Assembly: GCA_035528115.1 (NCBI GenBank)
Contig: DATKZF010000003.1
Span: 86,699 to 150,698 of the forward strand
Direction of reading: 5' to 3'
DNA length: 64,000 bases
Source of the DNA: Candidatus Bipolaricaulota bacterium
GTDB lineage: Bacteria; Patescibacteriota; Patescibacteriia; UBA11705; DATKZF01
Part shown: in pieces, positions 46,056 to 55,409 of the stretch
Layout of the letters: the number at the start of each line of letters is the position of its first letter
Numbering within the stretch: the first letter of the stretch is position 1
Translations under genes and position numbers: made by a program
The notes under the pieces: model-generated
Database searches by the model: none
What the model was told of the DNA's origin: nothing
Seen by the model: only the letters and a program-made list of their open reading frames with translations

Positions 46056-46193
46056 ATTTTTTTGTTTTTATTTTTACCGATGCGAATGCCGCGAATTAAA
46101 TGCGAATCACACGAAAATTCGAATTAACAATACCGTAATAACATTAGTGTCATTCGCGTGGAATTTGCATCATTCGCATCGCTTATTTATATT

Positions 46194-48695
46194 CTAATAC
46201 TCTATTCGAGTTCTTTCAAGTATTTCGTTTTCCACAATGTCTCTGTCTCGGCCATATTTGAGTCTGGACAACTTTCTAATGGTCTCGGCTATCTCCGGAT
46301 GCTTCGGATTTTCCCTGCCCGGCACATTGATATTGAAAGCCGGCGGATTGGCATTATCAATCAACAGTTTGATATAAGCCGTTTTGCTCGGAATATTAAC
46401 CACGTCATACTCGCTGAAAACCGGCGCGAATTGTTTGGCTAATAACTCGGCGTCCTCAATGCCGATCCTAAACGACACGGTGGTGCCCACATTGCCGAAA
46501 ATCGCGTCTTTGATGCTGGTATCGTTGTTTTTTACCAATTGTCCGATGAATTGATGAGCGATGATCAAATTGAGTTTGTATTTTCTGGCTTCCGATAAAA
46601 TTATTGAAATGCTTTCGGTCAAAAAGTTTTGGAATTCATCGATGTATAAATAAAAATCATGTCGCTGATCCTCGGGCGTGTCCACTCGAGACAATGAAGC
46701 CATCAAAAGCTTGCCCACGATAATCATGCCGAGTAAATTGCTATTTAAATCTCCAATTTTGCCTTTGGATAAATTGATCAGCAATATTTTTTTATTGTCC
46801 ATGACTTCCCTGAAATTAAAAGAGCTTTTCTGTTGAGCGATAATCGGGCGCATGATGTCATTGGAAATAAACTGCGTTAATTTGCTGGTGATGTAAGGCA
46901 CCATGTTCTGCAATGACGCTTCGCCGCCCGCTTTTTGAGCTTCTTTTTCCCAAAAATCTTTGACCGTGACATTTTTCGTTTTGGACAATTTATATGCTCT
47001 GAAATTTTCGTCGGACAATACTTTCGGAATTTCCATCAAAGTCGAGCCCGAATCCGTGTCTTCCATCATCAATAAAATGGAATTCCTCATGTACTGCTCG
47101 AAGATCGGGCCGCCGGTTTGGCGCAAATCATACAATTTATCAAAAATATTTATTATCTCGTTGATAACGAAAGTTTTTTGCTCGGAGGTTTCAAACTCGA
47201 GCATGTTCAAGCCCATGGGCCGATCGGTGTCGGATGGGTCGAAAAGCACCACGTCATCCGCGCGCTCTTTGGGAATGTATTTCAATATTTCCTCAATGGA
47301 ATCTCCGTGCGGATCAATAATGCCCACGCCCTCGCCGTTTTGAATATCTTGAATGGCCAAATTTTGTTGAAAATAAGATTTACCAGTGCCGGTCTGACCG
47401 ATAATATACGTGTGCCTTCGGCGGTCTTTTCTCTTTATGCGCACCGTGCGCCTGATGCCGCGATAAAAATTGTCACCGAGAATCGCCCCTTCGTCCGGAA
47501 TATTAAGCGGCGCCGGCGCTTTTCTGGCCTCCAGCCACGCGATGTTCGGCGTTTCGGTCACCGAAGGAATCGGGAAATGATACAGGCTGGCCATCTCCTC
47601 GGTATTTAAGATAATCGCCGCTTTCTCGTCGAAATTTCGATAAATGTAATCGTCTATCAAACGCGACAACTTTCGGCTCGAGACATCAAAACTGTTGCCG
47701 TATTGATAAATGTTAAATTGCGAAAAAGAGCTTAAAATATCATTGAGATACATTTCGCTTTTTTGCGACTGATCCGACGCGGCCAAGATTCTGATATTGA
47801 CCTCCATGGCCGCTTTGCTGACTTTTTCTTCCAAATTTTTCACGATCTCCTGCTCCATTGGCGACAATTGATACGTCGCCGGCGGCGCCTGCCCGGGTTC
47901 CGACGGTTTTTTCTCGGGCATCAGCATTTGCTTGAGCACGCTTTTGCCTTTGAGCGCCTCTTCGAATTTTTTGCCCTGCATCATGCGCGAAGCCACGGCC
48001 GCGCCCGAATCGCGCCAGCCCGGCTTGGCGGACCTGAGAGTGAATTGAATGACAGCCCCGTCTTTTTTATCAACTTTGCTCAAGGCGTTGGCCATGGCGT
48101 TGAGCGGGTCGCTCTCCATTTTTTTGTAAGTTTTTATCGGAAAAAAATTCTGCCTTTTAAATTTCAAAATCTTGCCGAACACCGCGCTTTTAGGAGTGAA
48201 AATATTGTAATCCTGGGCTTCTTCGATATGCGAGTCCGGATACTGCGCCTGTATTTGTTCTTCCAAAAAATTTTTCAAATACTCTGGCACGGCCATGTAA
48301 AATAAAATCTTGCCTTGATCGGCCACCAATTCAAAAGACAAATGATCGGCTCGTCCAAAAAACCAAACGCCCAGTCCTTTTTGGGGCTTCAAACCGCCGA
48401 TGGCCGAAAACACGGTCTCGGCCACCGCGATTTTTTCCTGAATGGAAGCTATACTGTTTTGCGCCCCTCCCCTGCTGTCTTGCGATTCAAATTTAGGCAA
48501 AGAAATCAAAAGCACCTTTTTTTCAAAAGCTCCTTTCATTTTGCCGTGACGTCTGAAATAAATTCGGACAATATAAATCAAACCGATCGTTATGATGATC
48601 AGCATCGATAAAATCAAGGCCAATATAGCGATCGGACTTGAAAAAACTCCCCCAAAATCCACGGAGGCGAATTCAAATGGCAATTCAATCGACAT
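46194..48695 (-). CDS. putative type IV coupling protein (VirD4/TraG/TrwB-like, TraM-recognition/TrwB_AAD-type ATPase) with N-terminal TM helix
   Basis: 833 aa. N-terminal TM (IAILALILSMLIIITIGLIYIVRIYF). Walker A HTYIIGQTGTGKSYF. Walker B plus following motif FYLYIDEFQNFLTESISIILSEARKYKLNLIIAHQFIGQL (DEF..., then AHQ..QL as in TrwB/TraG). Confidence 0.55.
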   Translation of the reverse strand: MSIELPFEFASVDFGGVFSSPIAILALILSMLIIITIGLIYIVRIYFRRHGKMKGAFEKKVLLISLPKFESQDSRGGAQNSIASIQEKIAVAETVFSAIGGLKPQKGLGVWFFGRADHLSFELVADQGKILFYMAVPEYLKNFLEEQIQAQYPDSHIEEAQDYNIFTPKSAVFGKILKFKRQNFFPIKTYKKMESDPLNAMANALSKVDKKDGAVIQFTLRSAKPGWRDSGAAVASRMMQGKKFEEALKGKSVLKQMLMPEKKPSEPGQAPPATYQLSPMEQEIVKNLEEKVSKAAMEVNIRILAASDQSQKSEMYLNDILSSFSQFNIYQYGNSFDVSSRKLSRLIDDYIYRNFDEKAAIILNTEEMASLYHFPIPSVTETPNIAWLEARKAPAPLNIPDEGAILGDNFYRGIRRTVRIKRKDRRRHTYIIGQTGTGKSYFQQNLAIQDIQNGEGVGIIDPHGDSIEEILKYIPKERADDVVLFDPSDTDRPMGLNMLEFETSEQKTFVINEIINIFDKLYDLRQTGGPIFEQYMRNSILLMMEDTDSGSTLMEIPKVLSDENFRAYKLSKTKNVTVKDFWEKEAQKAGGEASLQNMVPYITSKLTQFISNDIMRPIIAQQKSSFNFREVMDNKKILLINLSKGKIGDLNSNLLGMIIVGKLLMASLSRVDTPEDQRHDFYLYIDEFQNFLTESISIILSEARKYKLNLIIAHQFIGQLVKNNDTSIKDAIFGNVGTTVSFRIGIEDAELLAKQFAPVFSEYDVVNIPSKTAYIKLLIDNANPPAFNINVPGRENPKHPEIAETIRKLSRLKYGRDRDIVENEILERTRIEY

Positions 48696-48700
48696 TTTTT

Positions 48701-48976
48701 TTATTTACTTTTCCGCTTGTCCGCCAAATATTTCACCAAATTTTTGACGCCGTCCGAAACGACGCCGGCAATCTGCAAGCCGGACTCGATTTTTTCCTTC
48801 ACTCGCTCGAGCGCGTCGAAAAAATCTTCCAGCTTATCGCGGACTTCGGAGACGACTTCGTTCGATTGTTTCAAAAGCCTGGTTAAATAAAAAAGCGCCC
48901 AGCATAAAAAGGCGGTTAACCAAATCAGACAAAACGAAAGAACGATGTACAAAACATCTTTACTGGTTTCAAGCAT
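48701..48976 (-). CDS. small membrane protein (first gene of the T4CP-like operon)
   Basis: 91 aa. One or two TM helices (VLYIVLSFCLIWLTAFLCWALFYL) and a charged C-terminal helix. 5-nt gap to the T4CP-like gene. Confidence 0.45.
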   Translation of the reverse strand: MLETSKDVLYIVLSFCLIWLTAFLCWALFYLTRLLKQSNEVVSEVRDKLEDFFDALERVKEKIESGLQIAGVVSDGVKNLVKYLADKRKSK

Positions 48977-49002
48977 ATTGTTTTTATTTTAAATTTTTAT
49001 TT

Positions 49003-51438
49003 TTATGTTCTCAACTTGGCGCCGATGCCTTTTTCAAGTTGGACAATGACTTTTCGCTGGAGTTTATCGATTTCTTCTTTCTCCAAAGTTCGATCATCCG
49101 CTTGATAGACGATTCTCACGGTCACGCTCTTTTGTCCCGTTTTTATTTTACCATTTTTAAATACATCAAGCAATTCAACGTCCTTGATAATTTGCGGAGC
49201 GATTGATTTTATTATTTGATCAATGTCTTTATACATGGTTTTCTCGGCGACGACAATCGACAAATCATGAACCGATGAAGGAAATTTGAGAATCGGATGA
49301 TATTCGTATTTCGGTTCGAAAATTTCCACTATTTTATCGAAATCAAGCTGCCAAACGGCCGCTCGATCATCAAGTTCCAATTTGCTCGCGACCAGCGGAT
49401 TGAGTTCCGCCACCCAGCCGATTTCCTGACCGGCAAGGCTCACGATCACGCTGCGGAAAGGATGATAAAACGCTTTGCTTTCCGCGGGCAATGAAAAACT
49501 CGCTTCCAGCGACAGCGAGGCCAACAATTTTTCAATCACGTCTTTGGCCTTGAAAAAAGGCGCATCGTCCGATTTGTCAAAATACGCGCCGGCCAAATAA
49601 TTAGGCTGAGCCGGCAATTTGGCTTTGTTGTCCGGCGAGACTTCAAACGGTCCGTCTTTGGCCAAAAAAACTCGACCCAGTTCGAAAATGCCGAAACAGT
49701 CAAAAAACCTGGAATTGTTTTTGACATTCAACAACAGCTGCGGCCATAAATTTTGCCTGAGCAGATTCTCGTTTTCATCCCAAGGATTTTCCAATTGAAA
49801 ATATCCTGAATAATCCAAACCGACGATATCCAACAAATCTTTTTTCGTGAAAGAATAATTCCTGACTTCGGTCAACCCGGAAGACAAAGTTAAAAATTCT
49901 TTCACTCGCCTCTCCAATTTCCTTTCTTTGTTCTCCGGCTGATATTCGTTTTTTACCTCCGGCATGATCGGCGTAAAAGAATCATAGCCGTATATTCTGG
50001 AAATTTCTTCGATCAAATCTTCGGGGATGGAAACATCGCCCGTGGCTCGAAACGACGGCACTTTCACTTCAAAAGAATTCTTCTTCTCCTTGACTTCAAA
50101 ACCCAAACTCTCGAGAATGCCGACCGTTTTTTTATCTTCGATTTCAATGCCCATTTTCTTTGAAATGAAATCCTTGGACAATTCAATCGGCCCCAAATTC
50201 AATTTGTATTTTTCAAAACTTTCAACGCCGCTTTCCACTTTCGCGTCCGGCTGATTTTCGAGAATCAAGCCGACCACCCGCTCTAGCGCGACTTTCGCGG
50301 CGACGGGATCCAAACCTTTTTCAAACCTGATCGAGGCTTCCGTGCGCAAGCCGAGCTTCAGCGACGTTTTTCTGATATTGGAAGGATCGAAATTAGCGGC
50401 TTCAATAACAATGGCAACCGTTTTATCCGAGATCTCCGAATTTTTTCCGCCCATAATGCCGGCCAAAGCGATCGGATTCTTTTTGTCCGCGATCACCAAC
50501 ATGTTTTCGCCGAGCTGGCGGCTCTCATTGTCAAGGCTGATCAATTTTTCTCCGGGAGTGGCCTGTCTGACGATTATTTGTTGACCGCTTATCTTGGACG
50601 CGTCAAAAGCGTGAATGGGCTGACCCAAATCAAACATGACGTAATTGGTGATATCAACGATATTATTGATTGATTTTTGCCCCACTGACGCCAGAGCGCG
50701 CGCCAGCCACTTTGGCGACTCGGCCACTTTGATATTTCCCATGGCCGCGGCATAATAAGCGGGGCATAATTCCGGAGCCTGCGTTTTCACTTTAAGCTGA
50801 AAATCTTTGCCTTCTTTTATCTTTTCCGATTTTATCTCTTTGAGCTCTTTGCCGAAAATGGCGGCCAATTCTCTGGCAATGCCGTAATGCCCCCACAAAT
50901 CGGGTCTGTTGGTCAAAGACTTGTTGTCAATGTCCAAAATATAATCGTTTAATTCGAGCGCTTCGCTCAAGGCTTGTCCGGCCTTCGCGGTCTGGCTTTC
51001 CAATTCCAAAATTTCTCCTTGCTTATGCGGATACAAGTCCCCCAAACCGATTTCATCGCCGGCGCAAATCATGCCTTTGCTTTCTTCGCCTCTGATTGTC
51101 GTTTCTTCCAATTTTACGGGCTCGCCCACGCCGTGCCACTTGATCATGGCTCCGGGTCTGGCCAGCGCCACCAACATGTCCGGTTTCAAATTGGAGCCGC
51201 CGCAGACCACGCGAATCCTTTCCGAGCCCAAATCAACATCAACCAATTTCAATTTATCCGCATTCGGATGCGGCAAGACATTTATAATTTTGGCAACGAA
51301 AATATTCTCCAAATTTTCAGCCAACGGATAAACGGCATCCACCTCCACCGTGGACATGGTTAATTTATTGGCAATTTCTTTGGGATCAATGCCCTTTAAA
51401 TCAACGTATTTATTGAGCCAGTTGATTGATACATTCAT
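49003..51438 (-). CDS. pheT: phenylalanine--tRNA ligase beta subunit
   Basis: MNVSINWLNKYVDLKGIDPKEIANKLTMSTVEVD N-terminus. B3/4 domain, B5 domain and FDX-ACB C-terminal domain order. The ORF track starts at a GTG 9 codons upstream (51465); ATG at rc 51436-51438. Confidence 0.85.
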   Translation of the reverse strand: MNVSINWLNKYVDLKGIDPKEIANKLTMSTVEVDAVYPLAENLENIFVAKIINVLPHPNADKLKLVDVDLGSERIRVVCGGSNLKPDMLVALARPGAMIKWHGVGEPVKLEETTIRGEESKGMICAGDEIGLGDLYPHKQGEILELESQTAKAGQALSEALELNDYILDIDNKSLTNRPDLWGHYGIARELAAIFGKELKEIKSEKIKEGKDFQLKVKTQAPELCPAYYAAAMGNIKVAESPKWLARALASVGQKSINNIVDITNYVMFDLGQPIHAFDASKISGQQIIVRQATPGEKLISLDNESRQLGENMLVIADKKNPIALAGIMGGKNSEISDKTVAIVIEAANFDPSNIRKTSLKLGLRTEASIRFEKGLDPVAAKVALERVVGLILENQPDAKVESGVESFEKYKLNLGPIELSKDFISKKMGIEIEDKKTVGILESLGFEVKEKKNSFEVKVPSFRATGDVSIPEDLIEEISRIYGYDSFTPIMPEVKNEYQPENKERKLERRVKEFLTLSSGLTEVRNYSFTKKDLLDIVGLDYSGYFQLENPWDENENLLRQNLWPQLLLNVKNNSRFFDCFGIFELGRVFLAKDGPFEVSPDNKAKLPAQPNYLAGAYFDKSDDAPFFKAKDVIEKLLASLSLEASFSLPAESKAFYHPFRSVIVSLAGQEIGWVAELNPLVASKLELDDRAAVWQLDFDKIVEIFEPKYEYHPILKFPSSVHDLSIVVAEKTMYKDIDQIIKSIAPQIIKDVELLDVFKNGKIKTGQKSVTVRIVYQADDRTLEKEEIDKLQRKVIVQLEKGIGAKLRT

Positions 51439-51446
51439 ATTTTTAT

Positions 51447-51586
51447 CGTTACAAATTACATTCACTAAAAAAACTCTTTTTTAGATTTGTTACTAATTAC
51501 ATTCACTTATAGCTTTATGCTATGGAAGATTGTAATTTGTAACAACCGACTGAAAGCTTAATAGAATATTGTAATTCGTAACAATA
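51447..51586. repeat. Family-A repeat copy A5 (short) in the pheS-pheT intergenic region
   Basis: ttacaaattacattcac x2, tatagctttatgc, attgtaatttgtaacaaccgactgaaagcttaatagaatattgtaattcgtaacaat. Confidence 0.65.
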
Positions 51587-51587
51587 T

Positions 51588-52631
51588 TTAAAACTGTTTT
51601 AAAAACCGCAAGTCCGCGCCATTGAAATGCCTGATGTCTTCAATGCCGTATCTCATCATCACCAAACGCGAAAATCCGACGCCAAAAGCAAAACCCGACC
51701 ATTCTTTCGGATCCAGACCGCCGGCCTTGAGCACATTGGGATGCACCAAGCCGCAAGGCAAGACTTCCACCCAGCCGCTTCTTTTGCAAACGCTGCAGCC
51801 TGCCCCGCCGCAAACCAAGCATTTCATGTCCAGTTCAAACGCCGGCTCGACAAACGGGAAAAACCCGGGACGCAGCCGCACTGTGACGTCTTTTTTAAAA
51901 ATGGCTCTAAGTAAAATTTTCATGGTGGCGATCAAATTGGCGATGGAAATATCTTTATCCACGACCAAGCCTTCAAACTGGTCGAAAGTATTGTCATGGG
52001 AAGCGTCCGTGGCTTCATAGCGAAAAACTTTTCCGGGAATGACCGCTCGAAGCGGCGCGCCGAATTCTCTCATCGCCCTCACCTGAACCGATGAAGTTTG
52101 CGTCCTCAGCACCATTTTTTCTTTATCGCTTTTCACGTAAAAAGTGTCTTGCATTTCCCGAGACGGATGATCCGGAGGAATATTGACCGCTTGAAAATTA
52201 TAAAAATCGGATTCCAATTCGGGTCCGTCCAAAATTCTAAAATTTAAATTTTTGAAAACATCTTCGAGTTCGTATTGAACTTGAAAAATGGGATGCAAAT
52301 GTCCAGCCGGACGGTGGGCGGCCGCGGCCTGAAGAGGCAAGGAAGTGTCGATCCACTCATTTTCGAGCTGAGCTTCTATTTTAGATCTTTCCAACTCAAT
52401 ACGTTTCTTTTCCAAAATGGTCAAAATATCGGTTTTTATTTCATTGGCCAATTGTCCGACTTTAATTCTCTCGGCGTCCGACAAATTTTTTAAATTTTTC
52501 AACACCTGATTTACAATTCCGTCTTTTCTACCGAAATATTTTTTTTCAAGCGCTAGCAACGAGTCGATATCCGAGATTTTATCCAATTCCGTTTTTATTT
52601 GTTTTTTTAAGCCTTTTAATTTCTCCATCAT
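51588..52631 (-). CDS. pheS: phenylalanine--tRNA ligase alpha subunit
   Basis: 347 aa. Class II aaRS motifs (FRYEATDASHDNTFDQFEGLVVD; GFAFGVGFSRLVMMRYGIEDIR). N-terminal coiled region typical of PheS. Confidence 0.85.
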   Translation of the reverse strand: MMEKLKGLKKQIKTELDKISDIDSLLALEKKYFGRKDGIVNQVLKNLKNLSDAERIKVGQLANEIKTDILTILEKKRIELERSKIEAQLENEWIDTSLPLQAAAAHRPAGHLHPIFQVQYELEDVFKNLNFRILDGPELESDFYNFQAVNIPPDHPSREMQDTFYVKSDKEKMVLRTQTSSVQVRAMREFGAPLRAVIPGKVFRYEATDASHDNTFDQFEGLVVDKDISIANLIATMKILLRAIFKKDVTVRLRPGFFPFVEPAFELDMKCLVCGGAGCSVCKRSGWVEVLPCGLVHPNVLKAGGLDPKEWSGFAFGVGFSRLVMMRYGIEDIRHFNGADLRFLKQF

Positions 52632-52654
52632 ATGGAAATGTGAAGTCGAATATA

Positions 52655-53500
52655 TTATTTTTTAATAATTTGTTTTGTTTTTTCTGGAATTGACTGGCTG
52701 ATTTCGGAAATCGGGGCTTCGACGTAGACATTGGCGCCGTCTCCGTCGAGGCGCACGTCAACCGATCTTCTCAAAACATGATAACCGACCACCTCTCCCG
52801 TGCCCTGCTTGACCTTCACTTTGGCTCCCAAAGCCGGGAAATCTCGAGCCATTTCTTCGTAAGTGTCTTTTTCGTAAGCCAAGCAACACTTTAACCGACC
52901 GCACAAACCTGACAGGCGCTCGGAACCGCGATGGGAAACCTGCTGCAAATCCGCGTATTCCGAACTGACATTGCCCAATTCTTTCAAAAATGTCTTGCAG
53001 CACACCGGTTGTCCGCAACAGCCGACATCGGCCGCGATTTGAGCTTCATCGCGAATGCCAAGCTGCTGAAGACGAATATTCATTTTATAAAGACGATTTA
53101 AATCCTTGAGCAACGCTCTAAAATCAACGCGGCTGTCCGCGATAAAAGCGAAAGTGATTCTGCCGCCGTCAAGATTCAAATGAACGTCAACCAATTTAAT
53201 GGGCAACCCGTGCTTTTTGATCAACTCCTTGCAAACTTTGATAGCTTCCTTCACTTTTTCTTTATTTTCGATCAATTTGTCCAAGTCGCGTTTATCAGCC
53301 TTGCGCAATACGGATTTGATTTCTCCGAGCGCGTCTTGCTCTTCCCGGCCAAGCTCTTTGAATTCGACAACCTTGCCCATATCAAGACCATGCTGAGTTT
53401 CGACCACCACATAATCATCGATTTTGAGTTCGATGTTATTGGGATCGAAAAAATATGTTTTATCCCAGGAATTAAATTGTATGCTGACTACTTTCTTCAT
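52655..53500 (-). CDS. PSP1/YaaT/RicT-family protein (stage 0 sporulation YaaT-like)
   Basis: MKKVVSIQFNSWDKTYFFDPNNIELKIDDYVVVETQHGLDMGKVV is a typical PSP1 N-terminus. Cys cluster CCGQPVCCKTFL. The ORF track extends 79 codons upstream (53737), across the tsf intergenic region; ATG at rc 53498-53500 is preferred. Confidence 0.65.
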   Translation of the reverse strand: MKKVVSIQFNSWDKTYFFDPNNIELKIDDYVVVETQHGLDMGKVVEFKELGREEQDALGEIKSVLRKADKRDLDKLIENKEKVKEAIKVCKELIKKHGLPIKLVDVHLNLDGGRITFAFIADSRVDFRALLKDLNRLYKMNIRLQQLGIRDEAQIAADVGCCGQPVCCKTFLKELGNVSSEYADLQQVSHRGSERLSGLCGRLKCCLAYEKDTYEEMARDFPALGAKVKVKQGTGEVVGYHVLRRSVDVRLDGDGANVYVEAPISEISQSIPEKTKQIIKK

Positions 53501-53613
53501 ATCTTGAGTTACAAGATGTACAAGATCCGCATACGAGATAGTACAAGATAAAAAATTGTCAAAATCTCGTAATCTGGTAATATCTTGTACTTTAATCTTG
53601 TAAATCTCGTAAT
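53501..53613. promoter_or_regulatory. cluster of five TACAAGAT / ATCTTGTA octamers (three direct, two inverted) in the tsf-ricT intergenic region; candidate operator/promoter or degenerate family-A repeat
   Basis: tacaagat at 53510-17, 53519-26 and 53542-49. atcttgta at 53582-89 and 53595-602. Also atctcgtaat x2. The same octamer core occurs in family-A copies (gaattacaagattc, gtacaagattcc). Confidence 0.3.
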
Positions 53614-54198
53614 TTAAACCTCGAATCTGACAAAATGAGCGATGGCGATTTTTTCTCCGATTTTGGCGATTTTCTCCGTGATCAATTGCTCGATGGTGAC
53701 ATCTTCGTCTTTGATGAAAGGTTGATTCAAGAGACAAACCTCTTCATAGTATTTGGCCAATTTGCCTTCGACGATTTTTTCAACAATATTGTCCGGCTTG
53801 GATTCGTTCAAAAGCTGATCTCGATAAATTTCTTTTTCTTTGTTCAAGACTTCCTCGGGCACCTCGACCGAACTTAAATACAGCGGATTGGTCGCCGCCA
53901 CCTGCATAGCCAGGTCTTTGGCCAATTCCTGAAATTCTTCGTTTCGAGCCACGAAATCGGTCTCGCAATCAAGCTCGATCATAGCCCCTATTCTTTTATT
54001 GGGATGAATATAAGCGAACACCAGACCTTCCTTGGTTTCTCTTTCCGCCGATTTTTTGGCGGCTTTGATTTCGCCTTTTTTTCTTAAAATATCGATTGCC
54101 AAATTTTCATCGCCATTGGCTTCTTCCAGCGCCAGCTTGCAGTCATTGATGCCGCAACCGGTTCGCTGTCTTAATTTCGCCACTTGTTGTAAATCCAT
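53614..54198 (-). CDS. tsf: elongation factor Ts (short form)
   Basis: 194 aa. LRQRTGCGINDCKLALEEANGDENLAIDILRKKG (UBA-like N-terminus). IELDCETDFVARNEEF. Confidence 0.85.
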   Translation of the reverse strand: MDLQQVAKLRQRTGCGINDCKLALEEANGDENLAIDILRKKGEIKAAKKSAERETKEGLVFAYIHPNKRIGAMIELDCETDFVARNEEFQELAKDLAMQVAATNPLYLSSVEVPEEVLNKEKEIYRDQLLNESKPDNIVEKIVEGKLAKYYEEVCLLNQPFIKDEDVTIEQLITEKIAKIGEKIAIAHFVRFEV

Positions 54199-54340
54199 AT
54201 TTGTTTATTAAATACTAAACTCTAATATCTAAATTCGAAACCCCGAGGGGGTCCCTTTCAGGGACAAATTACAATGATCCAATTCCCAAATTCCAAATGT
54301 TTGGAAAATTTGAATTTAAATATTGTTTAGTATTTCGAAT

Positions 54341-55069
54341 TTAGGATTTCGAACTTTCAATTTTTATGTTATCTCCTCTTTTCTCCGCTTCCTTTTTGCC
54401 TTCTTTGACCGCCTCGGCGACCAAGCCGGTAATCATTTCAATGGAGCGAGTGGCGTCGTCATTGGCCGGAATAGGGTAAGCAGCCTTTGTCTGATTGACA
54501 TTGGTGTCGCAAATGGCCACGACCGGCACGCCAACGCGGTTGGATTCTATCACCGCGGTTTTTTCTTCTTTCATGTCAACGATGTAAATGACGCTCGGTA
54601 ATTTTTCGAGAGTAGCCAAACCGCCGATGATTTTGTCCAATTTCTTCAAAGCTCTCTCATTCACCAATTTTTCTTTTTTGGTGAATTTGTCCCACTCTCC
54701 TTTTTCGGATTCCATTTTCATGCGCTGATATTTTTTGATCAATTTCAATATGGTCGATAAATTCGTGAATGTGCCGCCCAGCCATCTTTCAACGATGAAA
54801 GGCATGCCGCAAGAAATCGCGGCTTCGCGGACGGAATCTTTCGCTTGAGTTTTCGTTCCCAAAAAAAGAACTGTGCCGCCCTTGGCTACAGTTTCCTTGA
54901 TGAAATTCAAAGCTTCTTCAAGCTTCTTTTGAGTTGTTTCCAAATTGATGATGTGCACGCCATTTCGAACGCCATAAATATACGGCTTCATTTTCGGGTG
55001 CCATTTTCCTTTTTGGTGTCCGAAGTGAACACCGGCCTTAAGCATGTCCAAAAGACTTGGGATTTCCAT
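54341..55069 (-). CDS. rpsB: 30S ribosomal protein S2
   Basis: MLKAGVHFGHQKGKWHPKMKPYIYGVRNGVHIINLETT...VLFLGTKTQA...IVERWLGGTFTN. Confidence 0.9.
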   Translation of the reverse strand: MEIPSLLDMLKAGVHFGHQKGKWHPKMKPYIYGVRNGVHIINLETTQKKLEEALNFIKETVAKGGTVLFLGTKTQAKDSVREAAISCGMPFIVERWLGGTFTNLSTILKLIKKYQRMKMESEKGEWDKFTKKEKLVNERALKKLDKIIGGLATLEKLPSVIYIVDMKEEKTAVIESNRVGVPVVAICDTNVNQTKAAYPIPANDDATRSIEMITGLVAEAVKEGKKEAEKRGDNIKIESSKS

Positions 55070-55409
55070 ATTTTTCCTTTTTACCTCTACTTTCCCAAAT
55101 CAACGGCCCGCATGGTGGGAGGAATGTTGATTTTTTGGCCCTGCCAGTCGTAGCTCCGACGACAGTCGGAGCAAAGAATGGCTTAAATTAGCCGGAAAAG
55201 TATGTGGGATTTAATTATTTAGTCATGGAACATAGAGCATGCCTGCCCGCCATAGCCCCGAGCTTGTCGAGGGGCGAAGGCGGGGATCAATAATCATGTT
55301 TCATGTAGCAAAAATATATCATATTGTTATAATTTAGTCAAAATTCTGTATCATGAAGCCGAGCTGGTAGCTGGTTAGGCAGCCACCTACAACCTAAAAA
55401 GCTAATAAG

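Noticed and set aside
53501-53737. Long N-terminal extension of the ricT/yaaT ORF (Arg/His-rich MSLESTFHQRRRCHHRAIDHGENRQNRRKNRHRSF...)
   Set aside because: The extension is translated from the repeat-rich tsf-ricT spacer and is basic low-complexity. The canonical PSP1 N-terminus begins at the internal Met (53500).
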